Of a stretch of DNA of 57,042 nt, positions 1-6,993 are shown piece by piece. Under the pieces are notes generated by a model. It saw only the letters and a program-made list of their open reading frames with translations. It searched no databases and was not told the DNA's origin. The position numbers and the translations under genes are program-made. The stretch spans positions 1-57,042 of the IMG/VR virus record IMGVR_UViG_3300046804_003910; one strand, written 5' to 3'. This stretch comes from a virus. Its lineage: Duplodnaviria; Caudoviricetes. Within the stretch, counting starts at the first letter, position 1. Every line of letters begins with the position of its first letter.

Positions 1-13
1 TAGTGTACGGATG

Positions 14-343
14 TCACCCCTCTGCGAAGGGGGAGACTTCCTCACCGCAGGCGAGGATCGCCGCGTACTGTTCGGCCAGAGCCGCCTTGCGTTCGGGCGA
101 ACCCGGCTTGCCAACCTTCACGATCATCAGATCGTCACCCCCCTTGTAGCGGGGATCGGCCTTTTCGGCCTTGGTCTTGCCAGCACGACGGAGAGCCTTG
201 CGATTGAACTTCAGCACCTTCTCACTACGGATCGGGCCGTACACACCATCGGCCAGGGTCGGCTGGTGGCGGATTGCGATGCCGAGAAAGCACATGCGAG
301 CCTGTCGCTTTGCATCTTCGATGATTTGGAACTTGGTGGCCAT
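14..343 (-). CDS. Hypothetical basic early protein (109 aa, start trimmed to MATKFQ)
   Basis: ORF with an AGAGGA RBS before ATG 343 and a TTGCAT-N16-TATAAT promoter at 374-401 (minus strand). Confidence 0.7.
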   Translation of the reverse strand: MATKFQIIEDAKRQARMCFLGIAIRHQPTLADGVYGPIRSEKVLKFNRKALRRAGKTKAEKADPRYKGGDDLMIVKVGKPGSPERKAALAEQYAAILACGEEVSPFAEG

Positions 344-465
344 TGTCGTTTTCCTCTTGGTGATGATGAATGGATTATACAGGCCATAAATGCAAATGCA
401 ATCGCAAAATCCGGATTTTTCTGTCAAGAAACTTTGACACAAAAGCCTAGCATTTTATGCTACTT

Positions 466-481
466 TGGCACAGCGTTTGCT
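466..481 (+). promoter_or_regulatory. sigma54 (-24/-12) consensus site
   Basis: TGGCAC-AGCGT-TTGCT matches TGGCAC-N5-TTGCW. Confidence 0.45.
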
Positions 482-488
482 TATATGT

Positions 489-570
489 CGTAAGTTGTTG
501 CCTCATAAGACTTTACATCAAACGCCGCCGCCACCGCTCGACGTAAAGTCTTGCGGCTATTGGGTTTACG
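489..570. repeat. 82-bp double-palindrome element, copy 1
   Basis: CGTAAGTTGTT-N7-AAGACTTTACA, 24-bp linker, CGTAAAGTCTT-N7-TTGGGTTTACG. Confidence 0.9.
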
Positions 571-781
571 TTGCGTGAATGAAAACCTTATCACTCGTGG
601 TCTTATTCGTGATGGTCACAATCCAGTTACGACCACTACCATCCTCACGCATGATACCATTCACAAGGCCGGCATAAACCCTACCCTTCGGGTCGATCAC
701 GCTAGTATACTTGCCAGCAATCATGGATGCGAAGATAGTATTGAGGCTGTTCTGTCGATTAGCGTAGGCGGTTCCGAACAT
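566..781 (-). CDS. Small hypothetical protein (71 aa)
   Basis: ORF with an AAGGA RBS and a TTGACA-N17-TATATT promoter at 811-839; its stop overlaps repeat copy 1. Confidence 0.75.
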   Translation of the reverse strand: MFGTAYANRQNSLNTIFASMIAGKYTSVIDPKGRVYAGLVNGIMREDGSGRNWIVTITNKTTSDKVFIHAT

Positions 782-844
782 TTTCTTTTCCTTGTGGTGA
801 TGATGAATGAAATATATCAGAATCTTTTTACCTTGTCAACCCCT

Positions 845-1066
845 CTATCGAAGGGTAATCAAACCATTGAAGTGCGAGAAGGTAAGGGTAAGAGTCTTTC
901 CAGGGTACTTCTGGTCGATATACGCTTGGGCGGTACTCTTACGATTATCCGTAGCGGCAACGTGCTGCACAACGCTACCACTCTCGTCCATAACCTTCCA
1001 CACCTTTTTCTGTACGATCTTAGGAAGGCTACCGATGAAGTCGTTGATATGAGTTGCTTTTTCCAT
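845..1066 (-). CDS. Small hypothetical protein (73 aa, start MEKATH)
   Basis: Purine-rich leader; TTGACC-N17-TAGACT promoter at 1092-1120. Confidence 0.7.
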   Translation of the reverse strand: MEKATHINDFIGSLPKIVQKKVWKVMDESGSVVQHVAATDNRKSTAQAYIDQKYPGKTLTLTFSHFNGLITLR

Positions 1067-1137
1067 TGTCTTTCTCTCTTTCTTTCTTTCTAGTCTATCA
1101 TCGGTTTTCAGGTAGGTCAATACTGTACAAAAGTTTC

Positions 1138-1383
1138 TCAGTAGTAGCCGCAATTCTGAGACAATCCGCGAATTTGTGGCGAGATTTTCCACAGCGGAGG
1201 AAGCACGTTGCTTTCGTGAATCCGCCAGAGTTTCTGGCCGTCGCTTTCGACCACGCTCACTTCTACCAGAATATAGTTGCCCATACTCGACTTCTCGTGA
1301 CCACGCACAGTACCAAGTCGCGTACCGATCTCGCAGTTCCGACGAAACCGAACACTATCACCGATATTGAAAGTGTTTTCCAT
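1138..1383 (-). CDS. Small KOW/SH3-like protein
   Basis: FNIGDSVRF...GTV motif; AGGAG RBS; TTGACG-N16-TATAAT promoter at 1418-1445. Confidence 0.65.
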   Translation of the reverse strand: MENTFNIGDSVRFRRNCEIGTRLGTVRGHEKSSMGNYILVEVSVVESDGQKLWRIHESNVLPPLWKISPQIRGLSQNCGYY

Positions 1384-1476
1384 CGCTGTCTCTCCTGGGG
1401 TTACTTCTTATATCGACATTATACCATGGTATGCTTGAGCGTCAAGCAAAAAGTTTCCTTAAAACATCGTAAGGTT

Positions 1477-1558
1477 CGTAAGTTGTTGATATATAAGAGT
1501 TTACGTCAAACGCGGGCGCCCCGGCTCGACGTAAAGTCTTTAGCCTTAAGGAGTTGCG
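1477..1558. repeat. 82-bp double-palindrome element, copy 2
   Basis: CGTAAGTTGTT-GATATAT-AAGAGTTTACG / TCAAACGCGGGCGCCCCGGCTCGA / CGTAAAGTCTT-TAGCCTT-AAGGAGTTGCG. Confidence 0.92.
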
Positions 1559-1813
1559 TCAAACCCCCTCGAAATAGTGGTCGGGGCTCGGCGGCTGACC
1601 GAGGTGATCGTTCCACTCTCCCCAAGTCTTACACTTGACCATCGTGCCGGGATGCGCCCACGGCAGGGGTGACGGCGAGTGTCGGACGATTGGGTGATCG
1701 GTCGAAATCGAATCACGGCGACCTTCCTTCCACTCGGTGAAGATGGCGACCGCTTCAGCGGTCAGAGTGCGGATACCGGCGGTGGTGGTCACGGTGATGG
1801 CGTTCATGGTCAT
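1559..1813 (-). CDS. Small hypothetical protein
   Basis: TTGACA-N17-TAGAAT promoter at 1844-1872 argues for a start at 1813 or 1807; its stop abuts repeat copy 2. Confidence 0.65.
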   Translation of the reverse strand: MTMNAITVTTTAGIRTLTAEAVAIFTEWKEGRRDSISTDHPIVRHSPSPLPWAHPGTMVKCKTWGEWNDHLGQPPSPDHYFEGV

Positions 1814-1900
1814 GCCCTTGGCGTTGGTGGTTGTGATAAGCATATTCTACAAAGTATTATCGGCATTGTCAAGTGGCTTTCTTGAAAAAATCTTTTTTGC

Positions 1901-1982
1901 TGTAACTTGTTGTGGCGTAAGAGTTTACGTCAAACGCGGGCGCCCCGGCTCGACGTAAAGTCTTTAGCCGTAAGGGTTTAGA
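1901..1982. repeat. 82-bp double-palindrome element, copy 3
   Basis: TGTAACTTGTT-N7-AAGAGTTTACG, same 24-bp GC linker as copy 2, CGTAAAGTCTT-N7-AAGGGTTTAGA. Confidence 0.92.
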
Positions 1983-2165
1983 TCAGGCCACAGCATCCAT
2001 CGCAGCCATCTTTTCCACAGCCCCACGATAGAGGGGGTAGAACTCGTCCAGTGGACAGTTGTTCACGACGAGGGAGCCGTCGATGTAGAGGCAGTACGTA
2101 TTCGGCACTTCGACCGAAACGGTCCAGACGAGCGGGCGAGGATCGTTGATGTTCTTCGGGTTCAT
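1983..2165 (-). CDS. Small hypothetical protein (60 aa, start MNPKN)
   Basis: TTGACA-N17-TAAGAT promoter at 2191-2219; its stop abuts repeat copy 3. Confidence 0.7.
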   Translation of the reverse strand: MNPKNINDPRPLVWTVSVEVPNTYCLYIDGSLVVNNCPLDEFYPLYRGAVEKMAAMDAVA

Positions 2166-2237
2166 TCTGTTCTCTCTTTCTTGTGATGGTATCTTATCAA
2201 GCCTTTTGTGGTTTGTCAATCCCCCTTAAGGGTGAGC

Positions 2238-2399
2238 CTAGTTGCTCATCCACGATGCTACGGTGGAGAGATCATCGGCCATTTCGACCGTCGATCCATC
2301 AACCAGACGAACAGTCCATACGTTGCCCTCATCAAAGTGCCAGCACACGATCACGCCAGAAACACCGCCAACCACAACCTTGTCACCAATCTCGAACAT
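2238..2399 (-). CDS. Small KOW/SH3-like protein (53 aa, not in ORF track)
   Basis: Manual translation MFEIGDKVVVGGVSGVIVCWHFDEGNVWTVRLVDGSTVEM...; GAGGAG RBS; TTGACA-N16-TATAAT promoter at 2430-2457. Confidence 0.75.
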   Translation of the reverse strand: MFEIGDKVVVGGVSGVIVCWHFDEGNVWTVRLVDGSTVEMADDLSTVASWMSN

Positions 2400-2488
2400 C
2401 TTGCGTTCTCCTCTTTCTCTTATATCGACATTATACCATATCCATCTTGAGTGTCAACAAAAAAGTTTCCTTACAATACCGTAAGGTT

Positions 2489-2570
2489 CGCAAACCATTG
2501 TGGGATAAGAGTTTACGAAAAACGCGGGCGCCCCGGCTCGACGTAAAGTCTTTAGCACTAAGGGTTTAGG
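2489..2570. repeat. 82-bp double-palindrome element, copy 4
   Basis: CGCAAACCATT-N7-AAGAGTTTACG, 24-bp GC linker, CGTAAAGTCTT-N7-AAGGGTTTAGG. Confidence 0.92.
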
Positions 2571-2571
2571 T

Positions 2572-2856
2572 TCAACCGATCCTTTCGGCCATAACCTTTC
2601 CAGCCTTGAACCGCACCACCCGACGCTCTCCGATCATCACGGTTTCACCCGTGCGTGGATTGCGAGCCTTGCGAGGAGCGGTCACCTTCACGGTGAACAC
2701 GCCGAAGTTTCGCAGTTCGATCCGGCCGGTCGTGGCGAGAGTTTCGATCATGCTATCAAGCGTAGCCTGCACGATCTCGCGGGCCTGATCGCCCGTTACG
2801 CCAACCTTCTCCGCGATCCCCTCAACCATGCTTCGCTTCGTTCCAACCATTTTCAT
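2572..2856 (-). CDS. HU/IHF family DNA-binding protein
   Basis: Signature IELRNFGVFTVK...RKARNPRTGETV.I..RRVVRFKAGK; TTGACA-N17-TAGAAT promoter at 2879-2907. Confidence 0.95.
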   Translation of the reverse strand: MKMVGTKRSMVEGIAEKVGVTGDQAREIVQATLDSMIETLATTGRIELRNFGVFTVKVTAPRKARNPRTGETVMIGERRVVRFKAGKVMAERIG

Positions 2857-2923
2857 CGTCTCCAGTGGTGATGTCGCTATTCTACCGAAAGTTTTTCAGC
2901 CTGTCAATCCCCCCTATCGGGGA

Positions 2924-3139
2924 TCATGAAACCCCCATCCAAGCCGCGTTCTCGACGCAGTAATCGTAGAACATATCGTTCAGCACAGCCTCGAAGTTGT
3001 TTTCCGTAAGCCTGCGACGATCACCCGTGAAATCACACTCCGCGAACAACCTACCATCGGGCGTATGCACCAACACCACATGATACGTCTCGCTACCCCA
3101 AATAGCCTTGAGAACGTTATTCACTTTGTTCGTATCCAT
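2924..3139 (-). CDS. Small hypothetical protein (71 aa)
   Basis: AAGGAG RBS; TTGAAA-N16-TATAAT promoter at 3168-3195. Confidence 0.75.
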   Translation of the reverse strand: MDTNKVNNVLKAIWGSETYHVVLVHTPDGRLFAECDFTGDRRRLTENNFEAVLNDMFYDYCVENAAWMGVS

Positions 3140-3227
3140 CTCTTTCTCCTTTTCTCTTTATATCGACATTATACCATTCATTCTTAAACTTTCAAGAGAA
3201 AAACTGCCTTAAAACTTCGTAAGGTTC

Positions 3228-3309
3228 CGTAAGTCCTTATTCTACAAGACTTTGGCACAGATCGTGCGGATCAAACTCGTCGTAAAGTCTTACGCCACAA
3301 CACTTTACA
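3228..3309. repeat. 82-bp double-palindrome element, copy 5 (divergent linker)
   Basis: CGTAAGTCCTT-N7-AAGACTTTGGC, 24-bp linker of different sequence, CGTAAAGTCTT-N7-AACACTTTACA. Confidence 0.85.
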
Positions 3310-3456
3310 TCAAGAGGGGGTTTTTTCGTTTCCTACAAGGGCTGGCGTCCATGACAAAACCTCGCCGGTGGTCTAAACATAATAAGGACCATCCAATATA
3401 ATTGGCCAGTTTTCCCCTATATATTTCTCATTCTAAAATAATTCTTAATATTGACA

Positions 3457-3753
3457 CTAGTAACCATAAGAATATCTGACACCACGATTCCAGCATCCAT
3501 TATGAGAATTCCAAAAACGTGGTCGTTCATTTACAATTGGCCAGTTTCCCCATATAACATTATTATTCTGCACCACTATTGGTTGTTGTACCACAGGAAC
3601 ATACTGAACACTAATTACTGGTTGCACAGGATAGTAAACTACCACAGGATATTGTACCACTACGGGTTGTGGCTGATAATATACAACAGCCCCAACATCT
3701 TGAGCACAACAACATCCACACATTACCATAAATAAAAATAAACTTTTGATCAT
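3457..3753 (-). CDS. Secreted-type Val/Tyr/Pro/Gln-rich small protein
   Basis: N-terminal signal peptide (MIKSLFLFMVMCGCCCAQ), low-complexity PVVVQY repeats, AAGGAG RBS. Confidence 0.65.
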   Translation of the reverse strand: MIKSLFLFMVMCGCCCAQDVGAVVYYQPQPVVVQYPVVVYYPVQPVISVQYVPVVQQPIVVQNNNVIWGNWPIVNERPRFWNSHNGCWNRGVRYSYGY

Positions 3754-3771
3754 TTTAATATCTCCTTAAAT

Positions 3772-3810
3772 AAAAATGGCCACGACTAACATTATATTAA
3801 TCGTGACCAT
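3772..3810 (-). terminator. Probable intrinsic terminator downstream of the HTH gene
   Basis: Imperfect stem ATGGCCACGACTAA / TTAATCGTGACCAT followed by a T-run on the minus strand. Confidence 0.5.
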
Positions 3811-3841
3811 GTTATTGTAATATTACTTTTTTTAGTAAATA

Positions 3842-4075
3842 TCAACTAATAGCAGATTCAATATTAGCCGAATTCCCCACTGGTTTCACCTTTCGTGGAC
3901 GACCCCTACTCTTCTTAAGAGCAAGCTTTCGTCTTTGACGTCTCACCATTGCTGTACTAATATTTTGTCCTGTCATTTTACTCAGAGCAACCCCTAAACT
4001 TTCATCACATAATAGTGTATGGTTTTGTTGAATATAATCAAGTTCGCTCTGAGACCATTTTTTATAATTAGCCAT
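3842..4075 (-). CDS. HTH DNA-binding protein with an AT-hook-like motif
   Basis: KKWSQSELDYI Myb/HTH-like start; RGRPRK motif; GAGG RBS. Confidence 0.7.
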   Translation of the reverse strand: MANYKKWSQSELDYIQQNHTLLCDESLGVALSKMTGQNISTAMVRRQRRKLALKKSRGRPRKVKPVGNSANIESAIS

Positions 4076-4156
4076 TTTTCACCTCGTTTATTATTGACAA
4101 ATCCTTCCTGCAACATACTATAATAGGTGTTGACAAGTTTCTAGCAAGGAATTTTT

Positions 4157-4315
4157 ATGATCAATTTAAATACTTTTAATCCAGACTCTATTGTTGATTC
4201 CGTCTTATCCATTAAAGCTTCAGGATCAATCAATGATGAAGCTATTAATGATTTGCTATTAGAGAACGGAAAAACCATAGCAGAATTACTACATGACCAA
4301 AGCGAAACAGAATAA
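4157..4315 (+). CDS. Small acidic hypothetical protein (52 aa, not in ORF track)
   Basis: AAGGA RBS; open frame MINLNTFNPD...QSETE*; overlaps the start of the sigma gene. Confidence 0.5.
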   Translation: MINLNTFNPDSIVDSVLSIKASGSINDEAINDLLLENGKTIAELLHDQSETE

Positions 4316-4952
4316 TACAAATACTGATTTACCAAATGGTGTGACCACAGAAGAATTCTTACTAGTTTTAGAAAATATAACCAAAAGACTAGCTAATAAA
4401 TTCAGATTCGCATATCATACCACAGAAGATATGAAACAACAAGCAGCAATTTTTGCTCTTGAAGGATTGCAAAATTATGACAAAAAAAGGCCCCTAGAAA
4501 ACTTTCTTTGGACCCACGTTAGAAATCGACTATTTAATTACAAACGCAATAACTATCAAAGGCCCGATAAACCCTGCTTCAGTTGTCCTTTCTTTGATCA
4601 ACATTGCAAAGTTAGCATTAATCAGTGTGAGCAGTATTCTAACAAACAAGATTGTGAACTATATGCTAGTTGGTCCAAGCGCAACGAAGCCAAAAAGAAT
4701 ATTATTCAGCCAGGATATTTAGAAAATACTAATCATTTGTGTCCATCAAGCAAAGATAATTTATTAGAAAACAAAGAATTAATTAATCTATTAGATCAAT
4801 ATATTCATAGTGACTATAGAGAAATTTATCTAAAATTAAAACACGGATATAAAATTAATAAGGTTGATATGAAAAAATTAAAAAATCATATTCTTAAATT
4901 AGCGGAGGAAAACAATTGGACAGCAACATTCCAAAAAAACGAGGACAACTAA
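4293..4952 (+). CDS. Phage RNA polymerase sigma-70-like factor with a Cys-rich insert
   Basis: Region-2-like EDMKQQAAIFALEGLQNYD..RPLENFLWTHVRNRLFNYKR; insert with CxxC and three further Cys. Confidence 0.75.
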   Translation: MTKAKQNNTNTDLPNGVTTEEFLLVLENITKRLANKFRFAYHTTEDMKQQAAIFALEGLQNYDKKRPLENFLWTHVRNRLFNYKRNNYQRPDKPCFSCPFFDQHCKVSINQCEQYSNKQDCELYASWSKRNEAKKNIIQPGYLENTNHLCPSSKDNLLENKELINLLDQYIHSDYREIYLKLKHGYKINKVDMKKLKNHILKLAEENNWTATFQKNEDN

Positions 4953-5728
4953 GTCTGGACGAAGAAAAATATATTCGTGACAACTACGCCTCAACTTCTC
5001 TGCAACAAATTGCTGATCATCTTAATCGCAATATTGCTCCAATAGAGCGATATGTTAATGAAAATCAATTATCTGTTATAACCAGCAACGTTGACAACCA
5101 GATACTAAAACAGAAATTGCACACCAAAACGTTTTGGCCAGAAATTACACGACAATTTGATGTTGAAACGGGCGAACTAGAATACTTTGAAAGCACATGG
5201 ATAGGACTTATTAAGCAGTTTCGTGAGGATGTTTTACCGGCCGAAGAACTTCAAATCAAACAATTTATCACTATTGATATTCTTATTAATCGAAGCATGA
5301 AAGAAAGAAAGCGCCATATTGCCGAAACTGATAAACTTCAAAAACTAGTAGATAAAGAATATGAGAAGCCTGAGGACCAAAGAGACATACCGAAATTGGC
5401 CAATCTAGAAACTCAATTAAGTTTTGCTCGAAACAGCATCGCCAATTATACTAATGAATATACCAAACTTTTAAATGAGCAACAAAAAATTAGTAAAGAT
5501 CTTAAGGCTACTCGTGAACAGCGTATTAAAAGAATAGAAGATGGAAAAAGCAGTTGGACAGGATTAATACGAATGCTAGAAGACGAAGAAGTACGAGAAA
5601 AAGAAGGTCGCGAAATGGAAATTCTCAGTATGGCCACCAACAAGGTTAAACAAAAACTTTATGACTATCATAACTATCAGGACGGAGTTATCGATAAACC
5701 ATTCCTAAATTCAGAAAGCGTAAATTAA
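4916..5728 (+). CDS. HTH/coiled-coil protein, possible terminase small subunit
   Basis: N-terminal HTH (SLQQIADHLNRN), long coiled coil, position upstream of the large terminase. Confidence 0.5.
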   Translation: MDSNIPKKRGQLSLDEEKYIRDNYASTSLQQIADHLNRNIAPIERYVNENQLSVITSNVDNQILKQKLHTKTFWPEITRQFDVETGELEYFESTWIGLIKQFREDVLPAEELQIKQFITIDILINRSMKERKRHIAETDKLQKLVDKEYEKPEDQRDIPKLANLETQLSFARNSIANYTNEYTKLLNEQQKISKDLKATREQRIKRIEDGKSSWTGLIRMLEDEEVREKEGREMEILSMATNKVKQKLYDYHNYQDGVIDKPFLNSESVN

Positions 5729-5729
5729 T

Positions 5730-6725
5730 ATGACAAAGATCGCAGCAATTACGGGCATAACAGGACAGGACGGAAGCTATCTTGCCGAGAATCTTTTAAA
5801 CAGAGGATACGGCGTGGTAGGATTATATCGTCGTAGTAGTAGTTCTAATTTTACTAGAATAAAACATATACTAAAACATCCTCGATTATTACTAGAAGAA
5901 TTTGATTTAACAGACCCTAGTGATTGTACTGACGTTATAACAAAACATCACCCAAATGAGTTCTACAATCTCGCTGCTCAAAGTCATGTTGCTACCAGCT
6001 TCAAACAGCCAACAACAACATTTGAGATTAATTCTGTTGGAGTAACAAATTTATTAGAAAATATCAGAAAGTTTAGTCAAACCACACGATTTTATCAAGC
6101 CAGCACCAGCGAAATGTTTGGCTGTAACTATACTGAAAAGGATGGAAAAAAGTACCAAAATGAAGAAACCACCTTATTGCCCCAAAGTCCTTACGCAGTA
6201 TCTAAGTTAGCTAGTCATCGCATGGTACAAATATATCGCGAAGCATACGGATTATATGCTTGTAGCGGCATACTATTTAACCACGAAAGTCCACGACGCG
6301 GTGAAAACTTTGTAACGCGCAAAATTACTCGGTATATTGGACGCTTGGTAAATAATAAGCTAGAACCTGATGAAAAACTCAAATTAGGTAATATTAAAGC
6401 GGTACGAGATTGGGGTCATGCTAAAGATTATGTAGAAGCTATGAGACGAATGTTGGCGGGCGGAATCGCTGATGATTTTGTTATTAGTACCGGTCACTCA
6501 TATACTGTGGAGCAATTTTTAGTAGCAGCTTTTGGTTTAATTGATAAAAATTATCAAGACTATTTTGAGATTGATCCTGCTCTTTATCGACCAGCAGAAG
6601 TAGAATATTTACACGGTGATTGCTCTAAAGCTCAACGAGTATTAAAGTGGCAACCTCAAATAGCTTTCGAAGATCTTGTTAAAGATATGGTAACCTCAGA
6701 TATTCAATTGTTCCAAAATGATTAG
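5730..6725 (+). CDS. gmd: GDP-mannose 4,6-dehydratase
   Basis: ITGITGQDGSYLAE, YNLAAQSHV, FYQASTSE, SPYAVSK, LFNHESPRRGENFVTRKI, RDWGHAKDYV. Confidence 0.97.
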   Translation: MTKIAAITGITGQDGSYLAENLLNRGYGVVGLYRRSSSSNFTRIKHILKHPRLLLEEFDLTDPSDCTDVITKHHPNEFYNLAAQSHVATSFKQPTTTFEINSVGVTNLLENIRKFSQTTRFYQASTSEMFGCNYTEKDGKKYQNEETTLLPQSPYAVSKLASHRMVQIYREAYGLYACSGILFNHESPRRGENFVTRKITRYIGRLVNNKLEPDEKLKLGNIKAVRDWGHAKDYVEAMRRMLAGGIADDFVISTGHSYTVEQFLVAAFGLIDKNYQDYFEIDPALYRPAEVEYLHGDCSKAQRVLKWQPQIAFEDLVKDMVTSDIQLFQND

Positions 6726-6993
6726 AAATTTCGATGATCCTGAATATAAAAAGTGGAGAAAAAAAGTTTACGCAAGAGATAACCATAAGTGTCAATGGCC
6801 AGGATGCTCTAATAAGAAAAAACTTAATGCACATCATATAAGACGCTGGGCAGATTGTCCGGGCTTACGATTTGAAATAGATAATGGAATAACACTATGT
6901 AAAGATCACCATAAAATGATTACTGGTGTAGAAACTTATTATGAGGCCGTTTTTTACAATATCATAAAGCAAAATAAAAAACATGACAAATAA
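6718..6993 (+). CDS. HNH endonuclease
   Basis: RDNHKCQWPGC...LNAHHI...NGITLCKDHH. Confidence 0.9.
   Translation: MIRNFDDPEYKKWRKKVYARDNHKCQWPGCSNKKKLNAHHIRRWADCPGLRFEIDNGITLCKDHHKMITGVETYYEAVFYNIIKQNKKHDK

Noticed and set aside
489-2570. Exact 2000-bp offset between repeat copies 1 and 4
   Set aside because: The other spacings are irregular; treated as coincidence.
11-2788. Plus-strand ORFs in the GC-rich region (11..493, 551..1093, 1054..1638, 2183..2569 and others)
   Set aside because: They are shadows of minus-strand genes that have RBSs and promoters; several run through the repeat units, producing spurious repeated peptides such as RAPRLDVKSLALR.
489-3309. CRISPR array
   Set aside because: Units are 82 bp and separated by 340-910 bp of gene-containing DNA, not by 30-40-bp spacers; no cas genes are present.
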